A stretch of DNA of 63,322 nucleotides, filler included, from Octopus bimaculoides (Eukaryota), in the NCBI RefSeq assembly GCF_001194135.2. It is 13 parts of 10 records of this genome, joined end to end, with 100 filler letters (N's around TTAATTAATTAA, not from the genome) between each part and the next. Parts side by side here need not be neighbours in the genome. Positions count along the whole stretch, not along the records: positions 48,061 to 55,650 come from NC_068991.1; positions 55,751 to 59,514 come from NC_068989.1; positions 59,615 to 61,860 come from NC_068991.1; positions 61,961 to 63,322 come from NC_068997.1; 9 more parts are not named here. One strand, written 5' to 3'. Positions within the stretch are counted from its first letter, which is position 1. Every line of letters begins with the position of its first letter. The notes below the pieces were generated by a model. It ran no database searches. It saw nothing but the letters and a program-made list of their open reading frames with translations, and was not told where the DNA came from. Positions 51,385-63,263 of the stretch are shown piece after piece. Made by a program: the position numbers and the translations under genes.

Positions 51385-51840
51385 TTATTCTCTTTATTAG
51401 CCACAAGGTCTCACATACAAAACATTAAATGACATACAACAACATAAAAGACAAAATCAGGACGATACAACAGGTTTTCCGCGTGTACATAATGCAATAA
51501 CAATAAAAATTGAACAAATTAAAACTTCCAATAGGGGAGGCACTTTACGGTCCTCGTGGAAAACCCACAAAAGCCACAGGTGCCTGAAGAACAAGGCAGG
51601 AGCCCTTCTCCTTTTGTTTACAGATGCACGCTCAGAATCGATCCTTTCACACTGGCCATTCTGCCAACATTCCCCCACCTTTCGACAAACTTGCTAGAAG
51701 GAAACACTTCCCTGTCCACCTTCAACTTCTTTTCAACTTCCTTTCAAGTTTCACTTGAAAAAGTTGATGAGGGCTTGGCCAAAGTGGTAAGTGTCTGTCT
51801 TTAGCCCTTTCAAACGGGTCCACCATACTACCTCTTTCGC
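51385..51840 (-). mobile_element. Tx1/L1-like LINE 3' end, between (TAA)n tracts
   Basis: AKEVVWWTRLKGLKTDT...INFFK...KFVERW. The 3' terminus is ccttgtggctaataaagagaat. Confidence 0.82.
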
Positions 51841-51889
<49 letters not shown>

Positions 51890-51914
51890 TATTATTATTA
51901 TTATTATTATTATT

Positions 51915-51955
51915 GTTCAGTAGTTTTATTTTTATAACGTGCTTTCACTTCACTA
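51915..51955 (-). mobile_element. R4/Dong-like family A extreme 3' end
   Basis: gttcagtagttttatttttataacgtgctttcacttcacta, identical to the 7579 copy, following (ATT)n. Confidence 0.85.
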
Positions 51956-52337
51956 NNNNNNNNNNNNNNNNNNNNNNNNNNNNNNNNNNNNNNNNNNNNN
52001 NNNNNNNNNNNNNNNNNNNNNNNNNNNNNNNNNNNNNNNNNNNNNNNNNNNNNNNNNNNNNNNNNNNNNNNNNNNNNNNNNNNNNNNNNNNNNNNNNNNN
52101 NNNNNNNNNNNNNNNNNNNNNNNNNNNNNNNNNNNNNNNNNNNNNNNNNNNNNNNNNNNNNNNNNNNNNNNNNNNNNNNNNNNNNNNNNNNNNNNNNNNN
52201 NNNNNNNNNNNNNNNNNNNNNNNNNNNNNNNNNNNNNNNNNNNNNNNNNNNNNNNNNNNNNNNNNNNNNNNNNNTGTATATATACATATATATGTAGGTA
52301 TGTACATTTTATGCATGTATATATGCGTATATTTGTA

Positions 52338-52403
<66 letters not shown>

Positions 52404-53321
52404 CATTATTATAGGATTGTGATACTGACGGGCTTAAATTTCCCTCTCAGTTCAGAGAAATTCCGCCATATCCACCAGCTTCCCTATCATTTCCTTTTCC
52501 TCTACCTCATCCTTACCTGTTTCTCTTCTATTTTTCCATTTTCTTTCCTTCTCCACTTCTCACATACTTTCTTCTACTGTTTACCGTCTATGTATGCGCC
52601 ATCATGTTATTTTGCGTTTCCCATCAGCTACAGCTGGTCGCTCAGACATACCAGATGTAAAACTTTGCTGTATTTCTTTCTTTACCCTGCTCTTATCCTA
52701 ATCATGAAGAAGGGTTCTGTCGTTTTCGTTAAATAATATATTATCCAACATATTTCCCCAGACAACAGGATGTGATTTAAGGGGTCCGTTTTCTTTTATT
52801 TCCACCGTTCGAATCACGACGTCGGGGTAATGTTCGTTGACTTTTTACTCATGGTCATGGTTAGTGGTGCTGGTTTGCCCTTGGTCAGTCACGGTGATCG
52901 TGCAGGTATTTTTGCCAAGGCTTTTGAGCATATGATCGGTAAGTTGTTAAACAACGATTCGATTATTGCTTCTCTGAGAACCAATGAACACATAAAGAGA
53001 GAGAGAAACACTCCGGGTGGTGATTATAAATCAGTGGATGAATGATGAGGAGATGGGGGAGGCAAGGGAAGAGACGTCAGAGGAGTCGGCATGATACTAC
53101 TTATGTCTGATGAATAGAGAAATTGCGAGGGTGAGTGTTGGCATTTGATGGTTGTGGTGATGTGTTTCTGTGCGGATAGCTTTGTTGTGCTGTTGACTTG
53201 AAGTTCGTCTTGATCAAAAGCATTCCACGCATAGCCATCTCCTTTTCTCACATTATATCATGCATTATGTAAACGTATATATATATATATGTGTGTGTGT
53301 TTGTATATATATACATATATA

Positions 53322-53354
<33 letters not shown>

Positions 53355-53902
53355 CTCTCTCTCTCTCTCTCTCTCTCTATATNNNNNNNNNNNNNNNNNN
53401 NNNNNNNNNNNNNNNNNNNNNNNNNNNNNNNNNNNNNNNNNNNNNNNNNNNTATATATATATATGGAGAGATAGATACACATACTCATATACATTTAAAA
53501 ATAGTTATATATATATATATATATATATATTGATGCATACATACATACATACATACATGAGTATTTGTGTGTGCGCGCGCGCGTGTGTATAAAACTCGAG
53601 AGCAATGGTTCTGGAAAAACATGTTTCTTGTACACAAGTATGATTTAAAATAAACAATAGTTTCCTCCATTTGCTTTCTAAATGTTTAACGTTAAAACAG
53701 TTGTCTTTTGATTTTACTTTCCACATGAAGAACAACAGCATCTTTAGTTAAATTTCATCACCAGTTTGGAATGAACTCACATAGGTCGATCATTGAAGGA
53801 CATTTGTCTGCTGTTTCTAGCAAACTGAACGACTCCATAGTAGTTACCGAGTTGGCTCATCCTCACTAACATTGTTGTTGTTGTTGGTTTTGTTGGTTAA
53901 AC

Positions 53903-54110
53903 ACGGTGAGCTGGCAGAATCGTTAGCACGCCGGGCGAAATGCTTAGTAGTATTTCGTCTGTTGCTATGTTCTGAGTTCAAATTCCGCCGGGGTCGACTT
54001 CGCCTTTTATCCTTTCGATCTCGATTAAATAAGTACCAGTTACACACTGGAGTCGATGAAATCCACTAGCTCTTACCCTCAAATTTCAGGCCTTATGCCT
54101 ATAGTAGAAA
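53903..54110 (+). mobile_element. Abundant SINE copy
   Basis: cggtgagctggcagaatcgttagcacgccgggcg...gccttatgcctatagtagaaagg. Confidence 0.88.
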
Positions 54111-55750
54111 GGACTGTTGTTGAAATTGCGCCTCTCAACGAGGCTGCAACGAGCACCACAATATCCAAAGTTATTGCAACCAGTGGTAACCATTTTTCTT
54201 TTCCTTTTTCGTTGTTCTATTCTTTCCTTCCCACTTACATTTCCTTTGCAGGGGACAAAAACAGCCAAAATGAGCGTTAAGGAGTGGCCTGAGTGACACC
54301 ATTTCACTGCTATTTCCAATAGCATCGAATCCTTAATCCTACCGAGATTCAAGAGAGGAGCGGAGTACATATTCCTGGATAACGCGGCTATACATTTTAT
54401 TTGAGATATTTCTCACTCTTTTACTCTTTTACTTGTTTCAGTCATTTGACTGCAGCCGAGCAAATCGACCCCCGGACTTATTCTTTGTAAGCCTAGTACT
54501 TATTCTATCGGTGTCTTTTTGCCGAACCGCTAAGTTAGCGGGACGTAAAAAAAACAGCATCGGTTTTCAAGCGATATTGGGGATGGACAAACAAACACAT
54601 ACGCAAACATATACACACTTACATATATAAGAAGCCTGTTGTATATATATATATATATATATATATACANNNNNNNNNNNNNNNNNNNNNNNNNNNNNNN
54701 NNNNNNNNNNNNNNNNNNNNNNNNNNNNNNNNNNNNNNNNNNNNNNNNNNNNNNNNNNNNNNNNNNNNNNNNNNNNNNNNNNNNNNNNNNNNNNNNNNNN
54801 NNNNNNNNNNNNNNNNNNNNNNNNNNNNNNNNNNNNNNNNNNNNNNNNNNNNNNNNNNNNNNNNNNNNNNNNNNNNNNNNNNNNNNNNNNNNNNNNNNNN
54901 NNNNNNNNNNNNNNNNNNNNNNNNNNNNNNNNNNNNNNNNNNNNNNNNNNNNNNNNNNNNNNNNNNNNNNNNNNNNNNNNNNNNNNNNNNNNNNNNNNNN
55001 NNNNNNNNNNNNNNNNNNNNNNNNNNNNNNNNNNNNNNNNNNNNNNNNNNNNNNNNNNNNNNNNNNNNNNNNNNNNNNNNNNNNNNNNNNNNNNNNNNNN
55101 NNNNNNNNNNNNNNNNNNNNNNNNNNNNNNNNNNNNNNNNNNNNNNNNNNNNNNNNNNNNNNNNNNNNNNNNNNNNCACGATGATGATGATGAGGAGGAG
55201 GAGGAGGAGAAGAAGGGAGGAGGGGGAAGAGGAAGAGGAGAAAAGTAGGAGGTGGTGGAAGTTGATGATGCAGATGATGATAGTGGTGGTGGTGGTTGTG
55301 ATGACGACAACGACGAAGTGATAACAATAGCGACAAGAACAACAAGGAGAAGAAGAACAACAAGAACAATAACAACAATAAGAACAGCAATAATAATAAT
55401 AATAATAATAATCTTTTATACCAGAAGCAGAAGGTTCAAATTTGTTGGGAAGAGGAAGTGATTAAGTCGATAACATCGACTCCTGTACGTAACTGGTACT
55501 TATTTAATTGACGCCGAAAGGATGAAAGGCAAAGTCGACCTCGGCGGAATTTGAACTCAGAATGTAAAGGCAGACGAAATACCGCTAAGCATTTTCTCGG
55601 CGATTCTGCCAGTTCACCGCCTTAATAATAATAATAATAATAATAATAATNNNNNNNNNNNNNNNNNNNNNNNNNNNNNNNNNNNNNNNNNNNNTTAATT
55701 AATTAANNNNNNNNNNNNNNNNNNNNNNNNNNNNNNNNNNNNNNNNNNNN

Positions 55751-55826
<76 letters not shown>

Positions 55827-56086
55827 GTGCACACGTGAAACTTTTGGCCCTTCTGCCGATTAAAAATATAAACTATATTTACTCATGTCGTTTAATTTTA
55901 TTTATACAACCAAACCTATATACATATGAATACGCATATGAATAGAGAATGAACAATCAAAATGTGGTGTCACTTTAGAGCATTTAACTTATTACATAGT
56001 GCAGAGTAGTTATAATAAATGTTTATCTATTAAAACAACTCTTTGCTATAATTACTCTGCACTATGTTTACATTATTAAAAAAAAG

Positions 56087-56618
56087 GCATCGGAGGGGTG
56101 ACGCATACCCTGCGCGCAGATACATTTTTTTTTGCTTACGATGTGTTGCTTACCTATGGTTTTTAACTGAATTGAATCAAGCGTTGTAAGTGTCTCACTA
56201 AACTGGCTTATCGGGAAACTTGTTTCTGCCAGCACGCCGCCTAAAAAGGCGGTGAGCTGGCAGAAACGTTAACAAGCCGGGCGAAATACTTAGCGGTATT
56301 TCGTCTGACGCTACGTTCTAAGTTCAAATTCCGCCGAGGTCGACTTTGCCTTTCATCCTTTCGGGGTCGATGAATTAAGTACCAGTTACGCACTGGGGTC
56401 GATGTAATCGATTTAATCCCTTTGTCTGTCCTTGTTCTTTTTTGTCCTCGTTTGTCCCCTCTATGCTTAGCCCCTTGTGGGCAATAAAGAAATGGGAAAC
56501 TTGTAAGTTCGATTTAAATCTTTTTTATTTTCTTAAGTATCGCCATTTTATTTATTTATATTCTGGTGAAATTAAGAAGTCAAATCGTAAATAAACGAAA
56601 CCCTCAAATCTATCACTG

Positions 56619-56665
<47 letters not shown>

Positions 56666-56890
56666 GCATACACACACACAGTCGCATATCTATGTATGTA
56701 TTTATGTATGTTTGAAGATAATCAGACCAAATGTTCGTCATTTCGAACCACTCACCCAATGAGTATTTCTGCCAAATTTGGTGAAAATCCGTTGAACCGT
56801 TTTCCAGTAATTTTGCAAACACACAGACAAACAGACTAAAACACGTGATTACAATACCCTGCTTTCGCTTACACGCGCACGATAATAACT
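56087..56890 (-). mobile_element. DINE-1/HINE-like (Helentron-associated) non-autonomous element
   Basis: 5' ttattatcgtgcgcgtgtaagcgaaagcagggta, then a short gtctgtttgtctgt repeat. 3' inverted subterminal gcgcgcagggta, a small hairpin, then a T run. Confidence 0.7.
56224..56493 (+). mobile_element. Abundant SINE, long-tail variant, with a 5' fold-back
   Basis: 11-bp TSD gggaaacttgt at 56213-56223 and 56494-56504. Confidence 0.9.
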
Positions 56891-57155
56891 TGCTCTAAAG
56901 TGGTACCACATGTTTTGCTTGTTTATTCACTGTTTCTAATATATATGTCGACCCGTTCAACGATGGATCACTTTTAGCCAGCTTAAAAACCACCTTTTTT
57001 TTTATCAGTTACAGTTCGTGTCGGAGTTTTAGTGGTAAACCAAACCGACCACTTATAGTACCTACCTATTTCATTACGTAATTAGACAAAGGTTTTTTTT
57101 ATATGCATACATACGAGTGTATGTTTGTGTGTGTGTGTAAAACATGCATGCATGC

Positions 57156-57192
<37 letters not shown>

Positions 57193-57195
57193 AAA

Positions 57196-57427
57196 GCGGC
57201 GAGCTGGCAGAAACGTTAGCGCGGCGGCGGGCAAAATGCCTAGCGGTATTTCGTCTGCCGTTACGTTCTGAGTTCAAATTCCGCCGAGGTCGACTTTGCC
57301 TTACATCCTTTCGGGGTCGATTAAATAAGTACCAGTTACGCACTGGGGTCGATATAATCGACTTAATCCGTTTGTTTGTCCTTGTTTGTCTCCTCTGTGT
57401 GTAGCCCCTTGTGGGCAGTAAAGAAAT
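57196..57427 (+). mobile_element. Abundant SINE, long-tail variant, in a (GATA)n tract
   Basis: Full head, core and ccccttgtgggcagtaaagaaat tail. Confidence 0.9.
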
Positions 57428-57574
57428 ATAGATAGATAGATTATGTACTAATATATTCTGCTCTCTCTGTATGTATTAACGTTATCGATTTGCAAAATAA
57501 CACAGTTGTATGTGCACTGATACACTTATATTGGTTGTAAGGATTCTCATTATTATGAAAACAAGTTATGTGAA

Positions 57575-57624
57575 TTTCCCATCTGATATTCACACGGATC
57601 GCCGTGTGAATATCAGATGGGAAA
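57575..57624. repeat. Perfect 23-bp stem with a 4-nt loop
   Basis: tttcccatctgatattcacacgg-atcg-ccgtgtgaatatcagatgggaaa. Confidence 0.97.
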
Positions 57625-58000
57625 ATTCCCATAATATTTATAATGTAATTTATCTTTGCACAACTCTGCACATTATATTCTCACATTCTCACCATCATAT
57701 GAATTCTTTGGAGTGTTTTCCTTTGCATATAATTATTTTCCATCATATCTTTTTCTTTATTTAGACTCTTAAAATGTGTTTCATACATGTTCAAACCAGA
57801 AGCACATTAATGATATTTTGCTTACTCGTCATCTTATACTTATGGAAAACGTTTGGTTGTGTGATCGTCCACTTGGTTCGTCTCTGGCTTTAAGACAATT
57901 AATATTGGGGTCTGTTCATTCGCCTAAACATTGTTCAATGTGGTGCCCCATCACGGCCACACTCTAATGATTGAAACAAGTAAAAGATAATCAAATAGCA

Positions 58001-58218
58001 TTTTCTTTTCTACTCTAAGCACAGGGCCCAAAATTTGGTGGGGAAGGGGCCAGTCGATTTGATCGACACCAGTGCGCAAATGGTACTATAATTTATCGAC
58101 CCCGAAAGGATGAAAGGCAAAGTCGACCTCGGCGGAATTTGAACTCGGAACATAAAGACAGACAAAATACCGCTATGCATTTCGCCCGGCGTGTTAATGT
58201 TTCTGCCAGCTCGCCGCC
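58001..58218 (-). mobile_element. Abundant SINE copy
   Basis: Reverse complement of the family consensus. Confidence 0.9.
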
Positions 58219-58802
58219 TTTGGTCGAACAAATCGACCCCAGAACTACTTTGTAAGCCGAGTACTTATTCTATCGNNNNNNNNNNNNNNNNNNNNNNNNN
58301 NNNNNNNNNNNNNNNNNNNNNNNNNNNNNNNNNNNNNNNNNNNNNNNNNNNNNNNNNNNNNNNNNNNNNNNNNNNNNNNNNNNNNNNNNNNNNNNNNNNN
58401 NNNNNNNNNNNNNNNNNNNNNNNNNNNNNNNNNNNNNNNNNNNNNNNNNNNNNNNNNNNNNNNNNNNNNNNNNNNNNNNNNNNNNNNNNNNNNNNNNNNN
58501 NNNNNNNNNNNNNNNNNNNNNNNNNNNNNNNNNNNNNNNNNNNNNNNNNNNNNNNNNNNNNNNNNNNNNNNNNNNNNNNNNNNNNNNNNNNNNNNNNNNN
58601 NNNNNNNNNNNNNNNNNNNNNNNNNNNNNNNNNNNNNNNNNNNNNNNNNNNNNNNNNNNNNNNNNNNNNNNNNNNNNNNNNNNNNNNNNNNNNNNNNNNN
58701 NNNNNNNNNNNNNNNNNNNNNNNNNNNNNNNNNNNNNNNNNNNNNNNNNNNNNNNNNNNNNNNNNNNNNNNNNNNNNNNNNNNNNNNNNTACACAAACTA
58801 TA

Positions 58803-58885
<83 letters not shown>

Positions 58886-59964
58886 TATACAAAGTCATTT
58901 TTTTTTAATAATATACTTTGATTTTTTTATTTGCTATCCTTTTTGTTTTTCAAATTCATGCTTGTCTGAAATAGATACAACGCAATCCCATTGTTGTCTT
59001 CTGATAGGGGGCACTTTTTTGTTATATTTTCTTATTTTTTTATTCATTTTTTTTGTTTTTTTTGTTTTTGTTTTTTTGTTTTTTTGCCGCTTCCATTATG
59101 CTCTCCAATTCTATACCCAATTCTATCTTCGTTAACTTACAGATTCTGCGAAAACAATCTACAAGCACAAGCACTCACTGTGACTGACATCGACTGAGAG
59201 ATTGGAAGACATTTTGTCTTTTTTTTTTTTTTTTGCAACTGCTGAAATACAATCAATTCTCTAAACCGATTCCTTTTGTTTAACCGTTCTTCAATTCTCC
59301 TGAACCAAGATAATTGCCAAATTTCAAATTTAACAGTACAGTCAGTCACCAACCCTTAAATGCAAATTCGGTATTGTTAACAAACGTGTTAACACGTTTT
59401 CGCTAACATCTTAGTCACGTGTGCATTTCAAGACACTCAGCAATGGCGGAAATGTTTCCTAGCTTTAGCCCAAGCGCGTCATGAAGTCAACTGCTGGAGT
59501 ATGTAATACAACTCNNNNNNNNNNNNNNNNNNNNNNNNNNNNNNNNNNNNNNNNNNNNTTAATTAATTAANNNNNNNNNNNNNNNNNNNNNNNNNNNNNN
59601 NNNNNNNNNNNNNNATATATATATATATATATAAATAATATATAAATATATGCATATATCCATACATATATGTACATACCTACATATATATGTATATAGA
59701 CATGCATATAAAGGTATATATACATATAAGTATATATACATGTAGGTATGTACATATATGTATGGATATATGCATATATTTATATATTATTTATATTATT
59801 ATATGATTGAACGCCACTCATCCTTTTCCAAGTATATATATATATATAATGCATACATACATACAATCTGCATCAGCTATTTGAAAACAAATTATTTAAG
59901 GAAAACAAAATTATTTATCACACCCAAATTAAAAAAAGAAGAATACTGTTTCTTCCCGAACTAT

Positions 59965-60190
59965 ATAGGCTCATAGGCCCGGTTTCCCGGTTTCCATGGT
60001 GTGTATATTCCCTCACTCCCACCCCTTGACGGGGCGTCGGTCCTTCTCAGGAATAGTCATTTTTACCAGCTGGAGTGGACTGGAGCAACGTGAAATGAAG
60101 TGTTTTGCTCAAGAACACAACGCGTCGCCCGGTACGAAAATGAAAACCACATGAATCCAACACTCTATTCACTTAGCCACAAGCCTCTAC
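59965..60190 (-). mobile_element. tRNA-derived SINE of a further family (related copies near 48745-48990 and 49230-49470)
   Basis: ttgagcaaaacacttcatttcacgttgctccagtccactccagctgg...gaaaccgggaaaccgggcc. Confidence 0.78.
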
Positions 60191-60398
60191 TACATGCACA
60201 TTCCAAAAGACTTTTCAAGGAAACCACCACTATCAAACTCAATTGGAACCAAGACATCAAATGCCAATGCATAAACGAGTGATCTTTATTCAGACTGGTT
60301 GATAACATCCCCAATAGCAAGCATCAAAGAGCCTTTGGTATGGTGAGCAAACTTGTTGGTTTCACTCTCACAGACGCCCTAAACGTAATAGCCTAGAG

Positions 60399-61390
60399 CA
60401 GCGGTTCCCAACCATTTTTTCCTTATGGATCCCTGTGATTGCTATTTCACTCGAGAGGACCCTCATAACAATTCCATGCTTAAAGCATTTTACTCTTTTT
60501 TACTCTCTTTTACTTGTTTCAGTCATTTTACTGCGGCCATGCTGGAGATCCGCCTTTAGTCGAGCAAATCGACCCCAGGACTTATTCTTTGGAAGCCTAG
60601 TACTTATTCTATCGGGTCTCTTTTGCCGAACCGTTAAGTTACGGGGACGTAAATACACCAGCATCGGTTGTCAAGCGAAGAAAGGGAGACAAACACAGAC
60701 ACACAAACATATACATATACATATACATACATATATANNNNNNNNNNNNNNNNNNNNNNNNNNNNNNNNNNNNNNNNNNNNNNNNNNNNNNNNNNNNNNN
60801 NNNNNNNNNNNNNNNNNNNNNNNNNNNNNNNNNNNNNNNNNNNNNNNNNNNNNNNNNNNNNNNNNNNNNNNNNNNNNNNNNNNNNNNNNNNNNNNNNNNN
60901 NNNNNNNNNNNNNNNNNNNNNNNNNNNNNNNNNNNNNNNNNNNNNNNNNNNNNNNNNNNNNNNNNNNNNNNNNNNNNNNNNNNNNNNNNNNNNNNNNNNN
61001 NNNNNNNNNNNNNNNNNNNNNNNNATATATATATACACACATTATATATATATACATATATACGACGGGCTTCTTTCAGTTTCCGTCTACCAAATCCACT
61101 CACCAGCCTTTGGTCGGCCCGAGGCTATAGTAGAAGACACTTGCCCAAGGTGCCACGCAGTAGGACTGAATCCACAACCATGTGGTTGGTAAACAAGCTA
61201 CTTACCACACAGCCATTCCTGCGCCTATACTATTCTTTATAATGAAATGTTATTAGGAACTGTATTAAAAAATTGTTAAAATATTTCGTGTCCAAGTAGA
61301 AGTATAACCAGTTTATTGCGCATAAACTGTAACAACAAAATCTTATATGGTCCCCACAAGGATCATTGCGACCTCGGTTGAGAATCACTG
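60399..61390. mobile_element. hAT MITE of the 29147 family, split by the composite SINE
   Basis: cagcggttcccaacc ... ggttgagaatcactg termini. TSD gcctagag / atctagag. Both internal halves match 29147-29398. Confidence 0.85.
60488..61227 (-). mobile_element. Composite tRNA-derived SINE with an internal (TA/TG)n microsatellite and a (GAGTAAAA)n tail
   Basis: Head taggcgcaggaatggctgtgtggtaag, 5' half to ...aagaagcccgtcg, then microsatellite plus 287 N, then 3' half ...gcttgacaaccgatgctgg...gaaacaagtaaaagag. Confidence 0.88.
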
Positions 61391-63263
61391 ATCTAGAGAG
61401 TTTGAATTAGGAGAGCAAAGAGTATAAATGTTAAGGGTAACATGATCATGAAAAGTTTCGGCCATCCACTCCTAGGTTGTGAGGCCCATGTCAGAGGTTA
61501 CAGAATTTTGTTGCAACACGTAGGCCTCCCCACAAGCAACTCTCCCGATCCAGAGTTCGAAAACCGTTTCCATTTGCCTCTCGATGAAGGCTGCCGTATT
61601 AACCCTACGTCTTTGGGAGAAAAAGTGTGAAGGCATAACATAACATTGTGTGTGTGTGCGTATGTGTGTGTGTGTATGTGTGTGTGTGTGTGTGTGTGCG
61701 TGCGCGTACACATGTGTGTTTGCATCAACCACATGGTTCCGGGTTCAGTCCCACTGCGTGGCACCTTGGGCAAGTGTCTTCTACTATAGCCTCGGGCCGA
61801 CCAAAGCCTTGTGAGTGGATTTGGTAGACGGAAACTGAAAGAAGCCTGTCGCATATATATNNNNNNNNNNNNNNNNNNNNNNNNNNNNNNNNNNNNNNNN
61901 NNNNTTAATTAATTAANNNNNNNNNNNNNNNNNNNNNNNNNNNNNNNNNNNNNNNNNNNNTATATATATATACACATGCATACATGCATATATACATACA
62001 TACACACACACACGTGTATGTATGTACGTATGTACGTATGTATGCATGTATGTATGTATGTAACATAATCTCTATAGATCCAGTCTACAAAATTCTACTG
62101 ACACCCGTTGTTGCGAAGCGAACTTGTTCATCGTAGAGCTTATTCTTATTTTACTTAACTTTGTATCCTTCTTTCCAAAGTATCTTGAATTTACATCAGC
62201 ATATACACTACATTCGTACAATATAGCATATGCATATTCGTTTTTATGGTATCCACTTTTGTTTATATTTAACTTACTTGTAAAATACATATAAATAACA
62301 TTAAGATTTTAATTACCAACTCAGAAGGAAACATATGTAACTATATATCTCTCGTGCATACAGTTACATATACATATCCATGTGTATATCCATTAAATCG
62401 TATTCATATATTTATGGACATGCCTTTGCGAATAGACCATGTTATTATGCACACTGGTTGCAGAACAATCTCCAGTTGCCCTTTTGTGTCAGATATTTGC
62501 TATTGTGGATTTGCTTATTATCAGAAATTTAAACTGATCACAGCAGGGTGATAATGACAGAACCAGATGTAGTAGACATTCAATAGAATTCTAAAGATAA
62601 TTACAATGATTTACTGACCCATTTGTCATGGAAAGTATGAACATCTCTAAACGTGTGACAGATGAATATTCCTTACGAAGAAGAATATTAAATGTCCCAT
62701 GGAGTCAGATGGATCTGACAGGTTGTATGAAGATATTTACTATAAATACGAAATACTTGAGAAAGAATGCATCATTTCGAGGCCTGACAGAATCCATTCC
62801 GTTTGTAGCAAGTTGGGTAAGCTAATTCATTGTTTTTCTTTTGTTTGGGGATTTTTGTTTTGTTTTGAAATGTGTATCTTCAGTTATTGTTGCTGCATAA
62901 TCTCATATACTTTTCGCCTATACCTATTCCTAAATATCCATACATGTTCAAGACATAAGCAACATTCTAGTGGAATCAAGTAATTTCAAATCACCCAGAG
63001 AGCCTCTACATGGACACACAACCTCCTAATTGTAGAGCCCAAAATTCCCTCAAAAGCTGGGTGCCACATCTAGCACCCAAATCTGTCTTTAAAAAGAACA
63101 CATTAGATGTAGTCCTCCATACCACTGAGACAAAATGCACTGAAACAAGTCTAGATAGTATTGGGTTAGGGATCTGATATAACTCTTGTTACGGCAACCT
63201 GATATTAGCACAACATCAACAAACTATATATATTATAAACACACGTCATATAGTATCATTCTC

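Larger units (their letters stand above)
55947..56928. mobile_element. TIR-bounded non-autonomous DNA element hosting the HINE-like element
   Basis: ~37-bp imperfect inverted repeats at 55947-55982 and 56891-56928 sharing atgtggt..cactttagagca. Internal 21-bp hairpin at 55994-56067. Confidence 0.6.

Noticed and set aside
362-61192. Dozens of long ORFs rich in CV, TH, YI, I, N, T or X
   Set aside because: They are translations of di- and tri-nucleotide microsatellites and N gaps, with no protein signal.
8002-61916. Regularly recurring palindrome TTAATTAATTAA (12 times)
   Set aside because: Always centred in 100-bp N blocks and contains stops in all six frames: an assembly linker, not biology.
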